Positions 50,955 to 62,644 of a stretch of 64,000 bases of DNA are shown piece by piece. Both the position numbers and the translations under genes were made by a program. Position 1 is the stretch's first letter; each line of letters starts with the position of its first letter. The DNA lies in assembly GCA_044892525.1 (NCBI GenBank), contig CM097887.1, positions 27,528,001-27,592,000 on the forward strand, read 5' to 3'. Below the pieces are notes generated by a model. The model saw only the letters and a program-made list of their open reading frames with translations, was not told the DNA's origin and made no database searches. The stretch comes from Schmidtea polychroa (Eukaryota).

Positions 50955-51684
50955 TTAAAATGGAGTTCATACTATTAATATTTAAACAATGTTTCAAAAT
51001 GGCAACCGATTAATTTTTTGTCAACTACAATATTAACTTTTAAATATCACTGTTTATTTTAAAGTACTTTTTAAGTAAATAAAAAATTGAAATTATGATA
51101 AAGAAATTCAGAGTTTTTTATAATCCTTACTAATTAAATCAATGATTAATAACTTCAATAATACCTCATATTTGCCTCACTTTCGTAATAGATTTGTTTC
51201 ACTGTTCTATCTTATTTTGGGCCTTTAACTAACAGTTACTTTTCTGCTAAAAGGATTCCTTTAAATCCTATTTACCGAAAGGAAGATTCATCTAAAAAAA
51301 TCTTTATTGTAAAGTACAAGATTTGTGTTAGGATAGCTGAGATTAAGTTATGTTCTGTTATCATCCAAATTATTTTTCTCTCACTCATAAAACTTTTTCC
51401 AATCTTAGTCGATGACTTGCTACTTTGATACGCCAAATTTTGGTGGCCTTTTGCATTTTTTATCTAATTTTATTAAACGTTTTATTATGCACTCCGTGCA
51501 TCATTATTACATGTCTTGATCTTCTGTCATACTTTTAAAATATTTTTTAATGATGACAATAGCTAAAATAGTAATTGAAATCAACTCGATTACACATTGA
51601 ACACCGACAATAAATAGGTTATATTTTAAAATGAAAAATTTTAAGAAATTTTTTATAAACAGTCTCTCATGCTTCACTTACAAC

Positions 51685-52333
51685 TGTTGAGTTTTTATTT
51701 GTAAGTCGGTCCTTTCTCTGACTCCTCGTGTTCTTATTTTACCAAATCAATGAAAACTAAACACAAAATAACTTTATTTGATTTTTATCACAATTACAAT
51801 TTGTCACTATTTGCACCTTTCTCTCAATTCAAATTTATTCGTTAAGGTAAAAAACCCAAGGGGCAATTACCTTTTCTTGTACGAGTCTAGCTTCTTTATA
51901 ATTCACGAATTTCCTCTTTTGACTTGTCCTTGCTGAATTTTCTGTTTAGCTTTTCCTTTTTCTCTTCGACCAAATGGCGGCTTGCTCATTTCTAAGCTCT
52001 CCTTTTATACTGTGTCTAAGAGGCCAATTATTTAGCAAATTCAAATTAAGTGTTTCCCCGGGCACCCTAAGTAAATTTTGAAAGGTTTGACAATTATTTT
52101 AATTTGTTTACCCTGAAATTATAACTCGAATTATTATTACCTTATCTGGTGTCTCGGGTCTCACTGCGCATCGGGTTTTCTTCAGTGCTCAGGTTTCCCA
52201 TGGGCTCGGGCTTTCCATTGGCTCGGGCTTTCCATTACAGATTAATTAATTTTAATTAATTTGTTTTTCCTTATTAACTTTTTCTATGATCAACCTATTA
52301 CATTTTTATTATGCTTTCTAACCTCGTCTAACA
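51685..52333 (-). mobile_element. Solo LTR (about 650 bp)
   Basis: The minus strand reads TGTTAG...TATAAAA...AATAAA...CTCAACA, with internal short repeats (GGAAAGCCCGAGCC). No matching TSD. Related copy at 34890-35163. Confidence 0.75.
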
Positions 52334-53977
52334 ATTTGGCATTCAACCATACCCGATACCCCCGTTCAATATTGATTTTTAATTTTCATTAAATTTTAAT
52401 TAATTTTGTACTTATATTGATTTTACCAATTTTTGTTCTGCTTTCTGGTACCATGTGAAATTTATTTTGTTTTTGCTCTAACCCCAACACTACTTTATAT
52501 TCAAAATAGTTATACCTTCACAATGTATATGGGCGTTTTGGCACTAGGAATTTTGGCGATGGATTTTAAAATATATATATACTAGGTTATTTTTCTTTTA
52601 TTATAACTTTTAACGAGTTCTTTTATTATAAGAATCGCCCTTCAAAATAGTGATGCAAAAAGGCACTCTGGTCTACATATCATTGTAGTTGATAAAATTG
52701 TTAACTCACGGAATCAGCGAATTATTGAAAATACACTTATCCAGAACTGAAAATTTCCTTGTCCTTAGCGAGCTTATATCAATATTTTCTTTTCTATATC
52801 TCCATAATGGAATTCATCACACAAATCATATACTAAACTCTCAAATTAAGCCTCAGCAAAAAGATGTCATTCTATCTTTTCTCCAATAATTTTTAAATCT
52901 GAAAGTTCAAACATATACTCGCACTGCCAACTCTAATGATCTCAACTACCTAATTTATGAGATCCATATTTTATTCACAACTTTCAATACCATGCAATTA
53001 ATAGTTCTAAATGAATTCAGTCACTAATCTCTGGTATTTCTAGAAAGCCAAGTTTTTAAAACTATTTATCTAATTAAAGTAATGTTTGAGAATTATTTGA
53101 CCAAATTCATTGTAAAATTCACACTATTTACCATTTTTATCAAGGAAATATTTTTGGGGTTTCCGAAGAATTCTGTAGGATTATAACTAAAAAGTTGATT
53201 TCCAGCGTTTTTAATTTAATAATAAATTAGAGTTTCAAATTGTCTTGACAGTCACCGAAACCGAGCCTGTAAAGTCTTGTGTATTTTTAAGATGTAGGTG
53301 CCCAATAGATATGTTGGTCTCAGCGCTTGAATCTCTTTAAACACACATACGCTTATGGACGCGTACTCTATATAAGTTATATTTTTACCCAAACGACCAG
53401 CAAAAGTAAATGTGGTAAATGTGTATCAACAATTTTTACTGTGACGAATTATTCACTTATTTACTTAATGAAATAATTGTGTATAATTGCGCCGAAACAG
53501 TGTGAGCCTATAAAATGAAAAATAACCTTTTTTCAAATATATGAGTATGAAAAAAAAGCTAGAGATTCTTCTAAAAGTTATTGCAAATGTTAAGGAAAAA
53601 TCATTCCTATATCTAGGTGGAAGAATAATTATTTTGAAAGAATGACTTACCCATGTCTTAAAGCTAGTTTGCATTAAATGATCTACAAAAAGTAACTTAA
53701 CTATTCTAAAACAGGGATACATAAAGCACACCTCTTGAGATAGATCCATTTTAACCTCCTGGTCCACGCTATATTTAGAGAATGTGCCATTTACTTGTCA
53801 CAGATGTAAACATTTCATTCATTATTAATATGGGTGAAACTAACAGGATGGATCGAATTATAATTCCTTGTAGCATCTGGATAAGAGGGAAGAAATTGTA
53901 TTTCCCTAACAGCCACGGTGACAGTAAATTTAAAAATTGTTTTCAACAGGATATTGTTAAAGTGCCGAAAATTACAT

Positions 53978-54530
53978 TGTTGGAGTTATTAAACCACCAA
54001 AATTAATTATATTTAGAATAAAAGGAAGGAGAGATGTGAAAGTCTGGTCAGGGAGAATCGATAGTGTAAATAAATAAAAAGAGAACAAAGGTTCGAGAAG
54101 TTGTATTATTATAGGTGAAAAGCCCAAAAATGGGAATGGTGAGAAATCGATTCGAATGGAAATCTGGAAAATTGATCATATATGGAGTAAGTAGCGAGAA
54201 ATAATATGGTGATAACGGAATTTGCCAGGAAGAGTGCGAAAAGGTGTATAATAGCTAAATAACAAGAAAACGAAATAGATTAATTAATTAATTAGCGAGT
54301 AGAAAGAAATCCCGAGCTGGGTAAACAAATGGAAAAGCAAACAAAAGGAAATTTTGGGACCCATTATCTTGTTACAATGATTAAAGGGACGGTTTATTAA
54401 TTATTTGATTAATATACCAAATTTGGATGTCGAATAAATGCGCCACGAACGCATTGAGTGATTTTTGATTGGTCAACTACAAATTCAGTTATATCAGTCA
54501 ATTGATTTAGACAGACAATGCTAGATCATT
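53978..54530 (+). mobile_element. LTR-like repeat (family also at 59500-62860)
   Basis: Starts TGTTGG, A-rich, with TGATTGG at about 54467. 54010-54390 aligns with the reverse complement of the sequence flanking the intact hAT. The right boundary is uncertain. Confidence 0.7.
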
Positions 54531-54700
54531 AAAACAAATACCATATGTTAAAACAGGAAATAAAGAGACAAATTAAACAATTAGTTATCAGATGCGATTT
54601 CCGAGTTCATGAAATGGAGTGATAATTAAATCGATAAAGATAAAAACAAATCTCTTTATTAAAACAGTACAAAAACCCGACGGAAATCGGCTTATCATTG

Positions 54701-56419
54701 TTACATCTTGTTAATGCGCTTGTAATTGGCCATGAAGCGCTCAAACGCCTCGTTGACTCGGTCGATCATCTTGCACAAGTGATCGATTGGTTTCGAATCC
54801 ATTGACCCGGTTAAAATGTAATAATTCGGATGCTGCTGAACGAAACCGTCGATTTTCTGCAATCGAAACTTTTTAATGGCCTCGACCATGCGATGCAGCT
54901 TCTCGAACCCAGCGGAATCGGTAACCGGGAAACATTCCCAGAAATGCCTAAACAGTTCCGATGAAATCCGGTACAGCAATTTGATATCACGTATCATTTC
55001 CGGCGGGAGCTTCCCAGCGTTCCGACCCTGCTGAATACAGGACGACACAGCGACATCGGCATCGGAAAACAGATGCCCAATATCGGTCAACACGTCCGTT
55101 GCCACTGACGACGACATTAAATTGACGAGCGGCCGGCACTGGGTGTTAGTGAGATTCTGTTTCAACAATGCCAATCTGCGCAATTGTTCCTCCTGGAACT
55201 GCTTCATCCGTTTTCTGTCGGCTGTTGATTGGCCGGTCACATTCGCAACGTTGCTTGATGAGATTCGGTTGATATATTGACTGACTTTGTCAGTATTGAA
55301 TTTCACACCTTCCATCCGATCGAATGTCGATTTCTCCAACACGAATCGCTCTTCTTCACTGTACATTTCCGATGAAGAATCGATCAATCGCCGTTTCTCA
55401 TTCCCGCCATCCAAATCTACAGAATCCGATTCGTTGGCTCGTTTTGATGTATTTTTGGATTTCATCGTTTTTAATATTAGGAAACTCTGGCGATTGAATC
55501 GTCTTAAAAGTTCTTCAGAACTCGAACTTTTCTGTGTGTCAGAATTAATCGGTTTCCCCGTGCTTTCCTGAATACAGAACTCACCGATATCTTCTGTTTT
55601 ATCCTGGATTAGTGTCAAGGATTCCTTTTTCAATCGCTGTGCTTCTTTTTCAATTTGTTGAATATCATAATATGCACAACTGCCAAATTTATCATTGGAA
55701 AGATCGCTTTTAAATCTGTGGAAATAATGAGATTGAAAGAATTTATTCCAAAATTCCTCTTCAGACATTTCATTGGGAACCAGTTGAGTATGTTTTTGTT
55801 TAACTGCCGGATAAACTGCGAATATATCTTCAACCATTTGCCGACTGAGATTACATTGTGATTTACCGTCTTTTTGAGGAGGAGTTGCTAACAACCACGA
55901 CGGAATGCCACGATTGTACATGCTATACTCATTTACTGATGATTGTTGACTAATGTTAGACTCAGCACGTTGCCAAAATTCTTCTTTGCATACATACTTA
56001 TTAGTGACTAATTCACGATATAAATCTAAGATCTGAGGGTTATTTTCACAAAGTTTTCTTTTATTTTCTAATTCAGATTGAGCTTTTTCTTTAAATCTTG
56101 GAATGAAATATTGGAGAGAAATTTTAACGCTATTTCGATCACTTACTTGCTTGGATCTTCCGTCAGGATGAATGAAATGAAAAGTAAAGGAAGAACCAGA
56201 GTGCATAAGTAATTGCAACTGAACTTTATCTTTATCATCTGGGCTAATTCTTTGTGCACGAATATTCTTATAATGCTCACTAATTTTAAACACATCTGAT
56301 GTATTTGTCATCCAAGCTAATCGCTCTGTCATTAAATATAATTTTCCTTCTGTCTTTTTATAACTAACATGATCAATTAATTTAACAATATCTTCAGTAG
56401 ATTTTGAAACATTTGACAT
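54701..56419 (-). CDS. GTF2H1: General transcription factor IIH subunit 1 (p62/Tfb1), intronless, 572 aa
   Basis: N-terminal PH domain (KKTEGKLYLMTERLAW...QRISPDDKDKVQLQLLMH), BSD1 (LYRELV..EEFW), BSD2 (IFAVYPAVKQKH..VP..MSEEEFWNKFFQSHYFHR) and C-terminal ELFRHFWECFP. Confidence 0.95.
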   Translation of the reverse strand: MSNVSKSTEDIVKLIDHVSYKKTEGKLYLMTERLAWMTNTSDVFKISEHYKNIRAQRISPDDKDKVQLQLLMHSGSSFTFHFIHPDGRSKQVSDRNSVKISLQYFIPRFKEKAQSELENKRKLCENNPQILDLYRELVTNKYVCKEEFWQRAESNISQQSSVNEYSMYNRGIPSWLLATPPQKDGKSQCNLSRQMVEDIFAVYPAVKQKHTQLVPNEMSEEEFWNKFFQSHYFHRFKSDLSNDKFGSCAYYDIQQIEKEAQRLKKESLTLIQDKTEDIGEFCIQESTGKPINSDTQKSSSSEELLRRFNRQSFLILKTMKSKNTSKRANESDSVDLDGGNEKRRLIDSSSEMYSEEERFVLEKSTFDRMEGVKFNTDKVSQYINRISSSNVANVTGQSTADRKRMKQFQEEQLRRLALLKQNLTNTQCRPLVNLMSSSVATDVLTDIGHLFSDADVAVSSCIQQGRNAGKLPPEMIRDIKLLYRISSELFRHFWECFPVTDSAGFEKLHRMVEAIKKFRLQKIDGFVQQHPNYYILTGSMDSKPIDHLCKMIDRVNEAFERFMANYKRINKM

Positions 56420-57291
56420 AACTTGATGTATTTATAATAAATCTTACTTAATAATATTTATATATCCTTATATAATTAGTAAATAAATAAATTAACAACT
56501 TTTAAATACGGTATTTCGATTATTCTAATATTAAAACAATAAAATAAAATTATAAAATTAATGTCATTTATCAGCATTCATTTCTTTATTTCTACATCGC
56601 TAGCTAAAGAAAATTACATATTTTAAATAAATTATTGACGAATATGGAATATTAATAGTACAATTATTGTAAAAATTAAAATTTGAAAATAATGAAAGTG
56701 AATAACATTAAGGCTTTGTTGGAAATACGTCAACACAGAAATTTTCCACATCAATCTTCGAAACAAATTGACTCCACTTTTTGTATTGACACATAAAATC
56801 TTTACCACTATACATTCGTCGCAAGTGATGTTGCTCCTGTACATAGGTGGTCGACCTTCAGCGGTACAAATTTTCAGCATCATTCAAGACAATAAAGACA
56901 AAATTCGCCCGGTGTTCTACTTCTGAAAGTTTAAATAGATACATTGATAGAAATATGGGTGGTGCTGCAGTTGGGGAGGATAAATTGCGAAATTGGAAAA
57001 GTAAATCTTAGAAATTCGCTATGTAATCAATTCTGAGATTAATTATGTACCGTATCTTTTGTGTGCTCATTGTTTATTTATTGAACTTGCCTGTTGGGTT
57101 GCGCACACAGACACGAGGCTATATAGATTTTTTTGATTTTGTTTTCATTTTTTGAAATGGATTGTATTTTTGGATTTAATTAATTGAGTTTTCGGACTTT
57201 GATTAGAAGTTTGTTTCAAAAGGTTTATGTCGCGGATTTAAAAAAAATAAAGATTTTTTAAAACTTTCATTTTATTTTTGGTTTCATCATG

Positions 57292-57378
57292 AAATGATTT
57301 AACTCAAAAAATGGATATGAATTTATAAGTCTTGATAATGATAGTAGTTCTAAAGATATCTTTGTTCATTTTAAAACT
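57292..57378 (+). pseudogene. Cold-shock domain (Y-box-like) fragment
   Basis: K*FNSKNGYEFISLDNDSSSKDIFVHF matches CSD KWFN..GYGFI....EDVFVH, with W mutated to TGA. Confidence 0.75.
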
Positions 57379-57416
57379 ACCGCATCCGGAAATGCAATCT
57401 CAATAACTGATCGAGA

Positions 57417-57726
57417 CAATGGCGTAGCCAGGAATTTATGAAAGGGGTTGGAGTAGAGAAATATTTATTAATATTATGGTCAATAACCAAAATAAAATTT
57501 AACAAAATAAATAATCATAATGTACTGAGAGTACAGACTACAGACACATGTCACAGTATTACATTTTCAGTAAAAAAAATCAAAGAAAAAAGTGTCTTGT
57601 TTCTTCTTATTTAGGTGGATGATCTTGTAAGCACATGACTTTGACAAATATTTGTACATGAAAAATCCAATGGGATGAGGGGGGGGGGGTCAACCCCCTA
57701 AATCCCCCACATTGGCTACGCCACTG
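57417..57726. mobile_element. hAT-type MITE (310 bp)
   Basis: TIRs CAATGGCGTAGCCA / TGGCTACGCCACTG; 8-bp TSD GATCGAGA/GACCGAGA. Confidence 0.9.
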
Positions 57727-57754
57727 GACCGAGAATTTCTTTTTTAATATTTTC

Positions 57755-58000
57755 AAAGCTGACAGATGATCCATGATTCAAATTATGTTGGAGACATTTA
57801 ATGTACCAATGATGTATGATTCAATTCAAACAGTTATTTCTTAGTATGCTTCAGATTGTTCGTCGGGTATCGTTCTGAACTCTAGTGATCTTATATCTTA
57901 CACAATGACAATTTATGAAACCTTATCAAGTGGTTCGACAATGTATACTGGCAAAAGGTTCGAAAAAATCACCACAATTGGCTTTTCAGGAATGAAAAAT
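57755..58000 (+). pseudogene. Actin pseudogene fragment with a large internal deletion
   Basis: KADR*SMIQIMLETFNVPMMYDSIQTVIS*YAS..SGIVLNSSD..SYTMTIYE is joined directly to LSSGSTMYTG..FEKITT...SGMK (approximately actin residues 113-167 and 299-326). Confidence 0.85.
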
Positions 58001-58580
58001 GGTTAGAAGTATGTCAGAGGTAGCACTTAATAATTATGTTTATGGGTCAGTATGACTTGAAAACACTGGACAAGCAAAAGGTTAAAATAAAGTTAAGAGA
58101 TTTTATGAAAGGTGATTTTATAATTTATTTTATAATTTTAAGTAATAGATTTAAATTTTACTAATATTAACTATTATTTTTAATAAATTATTTTATTTAA
58201 ATATTTTTTTAAATAAATTAGGAACAATACAAAATAAATAATAAACACGAAAAATATTAATAAAATCACCCAATATATATATTTTCATTTGGATCCTCAT
58301 TTAATATACAAATATTATGATTCCAAAATTTCTATTTTTATCTTTTCAATATTTCTTAATGTTTGTAATTAGTGAATATAAATCCAAGAATCCCGGGATT
58401 TACTTCACTCTAAGAAAACTGGCATGCAAACATATGCATTTGACTTGCGTCCACCGTGAGAGAGAATCTTACTTCTTGCTGACGTCGTCAATTTAGATCT
58501 TTTAATTGCATGTCAAATTTGGAAGTGTAGTCAGTAGAAGGAAGTGTGCTCCATGACTCATTGTTAAACAAAGACATTAA

Positions 58581-59270
58581 GGGGGGGGGGTAAATGGCTT
58601 TTCACACCACCCCCAGGTATATTTAAAAAAAATATGACTCGTCGGATTAACGCATCGACGACTCATTTGTATGACTCATCAATGACTCATTTCAAAAAAT
58701 TTCAAATTTCAATTTTAAAGGTCTTTATATGTTTAACAATGAGTCATGAAACACACATATTTCTACTCTACTCTTTTTTGTCCCTTTTCACAGGCCAGAT
58801 CGGGATTTAAGTGTAACCATGTGAAGGCAGAATTTAATTTTCTACAAAATGGCGGAATTTTAATTTCAGTTTGTTGCTTTCTGTGTAATACACACATGTT
58901 TTTAGGATAAATTTGTATTTTTCATAGGGTTAACGTAATTTTCTTGGAATTTTATTCATATATTATATAGATGAAATTTAATTTTCTATAAAATGAATTG
59001 ATTAAAATTTATGTATCTTGATTGTGTGTAATACACACATGTTTTTACGATAAATCTGTATTTTACACGTGGTTAAAGTAACTTTTAAATTTTATATTTA
59101 CATAATGTGTAGTTTAAATTTAATTTTAATGGCTTGATTCGTGTTTTTATATGTGTTACAAGTATGTTTTGTATGGTAAATTGTTATTTTTATACAGTTT
59201 CATGAAATTGATGCAGAAATTAAGTTTTATGAATATTTAAGTAAATAACAATGAAAAGTCGAAAATAAAA
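58581..59270 (+). mobile_element. End of the TGACTCA-rich DNA transposon family (copy 2), possibly Kolobok-like
   Basis: Begins TTAA followed by GGGGGGGGGG. Shares motifs with 23503-24670. TTAA plus RR termini would fit Kolobok, but no partner end or transposase is visible. Confidence 0.45.
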
Positions 59271-59969
59271 NNNNNNNNNNNNNNNNNNNNNNNNNNNNNN
59301 NNNNNNNNNNNNNNNNNNNNNNNNNNNNNNNNNNNNNNNNNNNNNNNNNNNNNNNNNNNNNNNNNNNNNNNNNNNNNNNNNNNNNNNNNNNNNNNNNNNN
59401 NNNNNNNNNNNNNNNNNNNNNNNNNNNNNNNNNNNNNNNNNNNNNNNNNNNNNNNNNNNNNNNNNNNNNNNNNNNNNNNNNNNTAAATAGAAGTAATTAA
59501 ATAAAATTTAAAAAATAAAGCGATTCAATTGACCTATATTTGATCTGGACATATTTCATGATCTTGAACGTGAAAGTGGGTTGGAGTCCTACTCTTCCAA
59601 ATCTGGAATACAAATGGTTATTGCCTAGCCAATCGCTCTTCTGATATTCAGCTCCACATCTCTGCCTCGGCTATCACAAAGAATGGTTCGAACAATAGTA
59701 ATAATTAATAGCCCACCTCGAGCTTATCTATAGGCATTATCTGTTTTTTTGCTCTTCTCCTATTAATCATAGTGACAAGATAATGAGCCCCAAAATTTGG
59801 TTCTGTTTACTTTTTTCTTTGTATACCCAACTCGGGATTTCTTTTTACTCGCTAATTAATTAATTATTTAATCTAATTTGTTTTCTTGTTTTTTAACTAT
59901 TATGCAACCTTTCGCACTCTTCCTGGCACTTTAAGCAAATTCCAATATCACCATGTTATTCCTCACTAC

Positions 59970-62644
59970 TAGAGAATACAATTACTCGAGAATTATACTA
60001 CCCGGGTTTTTCGAGTTTCAATTTTTACCTACTCGGGTTACCCGGGTTACTCGGATATTTAAAAAATATATGTTTATAATAAATATAAGTCTCTATTAAT
60101 TCATATTTTTATATATATTTATATAATTAATTCATATTTTTATTTAATTCATATTTTTATATAATATACATTAAATGATAATGTTATTTTATTAGACAAT
60201 GATAATGTTATTTTTTATTTAGTTTCATTGAAATAGTATTTTAAAAATACTAAATTACTTAAGGTTTCCGGCATTAATTTGGAACGAATTTTTGTGCAAA
60301 AATTTCCGGCAATGGAAAAAGTTCTTTCACAATCAACGGATGTTGGTTTTATGGTAATAAGTGCTTTATAAAGTGGTTCTAAATTTGGTGTTCTCTTACC
60401 ATTTCCCTCCATTATCTTCAATTCTTTCTCAAGTTGTGGCGTTGATTCTAAAATTGGTGAAGCTAGAAATGTCATCAATGTCTTGTTCAAAGAGTCTTGG
60501 TCGTTTTCGTCTACTTCACAAATTTCACTTCGAGCTTGTAGGATTACTTCAGGTGATTCAGGATCCGGTTCCGGTTCAACAAATAATTTTTCATATATTT
60601 GTTTTGCAGTTATTTTGATATTGTGCTTGGTGGAATATGAAAATAACTCGTTTGACTGTGGATCTTTTCCATTATGTAGAAACATTAATAAAGAGACTAT
60701 GCTAGTATTTCTACGGTGTTTAATTTTAATTAGAAGTTCGTCTAACATTCTGATAGCCAAAGGTGTACCAATTTTCTTTAGCTTGTTGAACACGAACATC
60801 AAAGTTCCTTCAGCAATTAACAAATTGGCTTCTCTTTTACTTAATTCTCTCACTGCCTCTCCCAAAGGTTCTAATATTTTAGCTATTTCCTTAAGAGACG
60901 AAATATGGTCATCAGATAGAACCATTGCACCTAGTTCATCCAATGCCTTATATATAGAACCCGATAATAATATGAAGCGATTTATCATAACTATTAAGGA
61001 GTTCCAGCGTGTTCGACAGTCTAACAATAGTTTCAATTTTTTTCCATGCTGTTCAACAACATGTTTTTGCAAAATACTGTTTCTTACTGATGACTTTTTA
61101 AAAAATTTACAAATTCTTCTTGTTTCATTGACTATATTGCTTATATCTACTGATAATTCAAATATTTCTTCTTGATAATCCACAACAAAATTCATATTTG
61201 CACCACTAGACAAATAATCGGTGCCATTCAAAGATTCGTTGTCTTCTTCATCGTCATAATCAGAAAATTCTTCTATTTGGTTATTTGACTGAGAAGATTT
61301 TACTGAATAAAATATACTTACCACTGCCAAATGAATAGCGTGGTTGTAACATAGCTGGCTAATTGCGTCTATTTTATCACCATATTTCACCATCACAGAC
61401 GCACCGTCATGTGTTGATGCAACAATATCAGTTTTTAAATTCAAACCATATTTATTTAATGTTAATTCTACCAAACGAATTGTTTCTGTTGCGTTGCATG
61501 ACCCATCAATTTTGGTCAATCCAAGGTTATGTTTCTCTGTTGGAGAATGCAGCGTAACATTAATGAAACGAATGCAAGCATTATTTGTCCATTCGTCGAC
61601 AGTAATGCTAAGTTTAACATTACTTCCTTTTTTTATTAATTTTTGTTTTAATTCTACTTGTTTTTCCTCGCAGAACTTCATGATACAATTTTTAATAGTG
61701 ACTTCAGATTTTGGCATATCATAATTTTTGGATAAGATGAAACTTTGGATAGCTTCAGAATGTGTTATCGCTCTAAAAGAAAATCCATCTTTCGCGGCAC
61801 ATTTTGCCAATAATTCATTTCTAGATGCTCGTTTTATAAATTTTAAAATATTTACATCATCATGTTTTGGGCGTTTGGCACAAAAAGCTGACACGAAATG
61901 ACCAGATTCGATCGAAATTGGGGCATCTGGTTCTAGGCATTTATTAATTGATATTTCATGCCTACTGCATAAATGATTAATCATTGCTTTGGTATTTCCT
62001 CCCTTTGTTTGTATTAAACTTCCACATTTATTACATTTAGCTGTAGTTTGGTCAGACATTTTTGTGAAATAATCCCAAGTCTGTGATCTCTTTGGCATTC
62101 TATGTATAAAATGGGTATAAAAAACATAAAAAATTTATAGTTCATCATAATATTAAAAAAAAACTAACGTGTAGAAATAGAAAATGTATTGTAGATATAG
62201 ATATAGATATAGTATAAGTAATAGTTAGTAGAATTAACAATTTATTAAGAAAATAATGATTAAAATCTGGAAAATCAATAAAAATTAAAAATCTCGATGA
62301 AAAATCAATATTAGTACGATGAAAAATCTTTGTGTAATAATAAATTACGTCAAATGTCACTTTCTTTGGTGTCAATTAGCTGTTAAATGTAGAAACTACA
62401 AACTACATCACAGAAAAAATTATTGCAGCTTATATGCAATTGTGAATTTTAACTCAAAAAACAGTTTTTTCCTATTTAAATCCAGATTGCGCTGATAATT
62501 TTTTTTATTTTTTTAACTTTAATTATAAAATGTGTGAATAATGTTTATCGGGTATTTTTTAAGGTACCCGGGTATCGAGTTACTCGAAAATTTACTTATT
62601 ACTCGAAATACCCGGGTACTCGATACTCGCGATTGTATTCCCTA
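59970..62644 (-). mobile_element. Complete autonomous-looking hAT (Ac/ZBED-type) transposon
   Basis: TIRs TAGAGAATACAAT / ATTGTATTCCCTA, perfect 8-bp TSD CTCACTAC (59962-69 and 62645-52), and subterminal ACCCGGG/ACTCG repeats. Confidence 0.96.
60215..62098 (-). CDS. hAT transposase, intact (627 aa)
   Basis: BED finger (WDYF...CNKC...NHLCSRH), ITVDEW, THDGASVM, CYNH, TRWNSL and PTSVDCERTFS. No stops. Confidence 0.96.
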   Translation of the reverse strand: MPKRSQTWDYFTKMSDQTTAKCNKCGSLIQTKGGNTKAMINHLCSRHEISINKCLEPDAPISIESGHFVSAFCAKRPKHDDVNILKFIKRASRNELLAKCAAKDGFSFRAITHSEAIQSFILSKNYDMPKSEVTIKNCIMKFCEEKQVELKQKLIKKGSNVKLSITVDEWTNNACIRFINVTLHSPTEKHNLGLTKIDGSCNATETIRLVELTLNKYGLNLKTDIVASTHDGASVMVKYGDKIDAISQLCYNHAIHLAVVSIFYSVKSSQSNNQIEEFSDYDDEEDNESLNGTDYLSSGANMNFVVDYQEEIFELSVDISNIVNETRRICKFFKKSSVRNSILQKHVVEQHGKKLKLLLDCRTRWNSLIVMINRFILLSGSIYKALDELGAMVLSDDHISSLKEIAKILEPLGEAVRELSKREANLLIAEGTLMFVFNKLKKIGTPLAIRMLDELLIKIKHRRNTSIVSLLMFLHNGKDPQSNELFSYSTKHNIKITAKQIYEKLFVEPEPDPESPEVILQARSEICEVDENDQDSLNKTLMTFLASPILESTPQLEKELKIMEGNGKRTPNLEPLYKALITIKPTSVDCERTFSIAGNFCTKIRSKLMPETLSNLVFLKYYFNETK

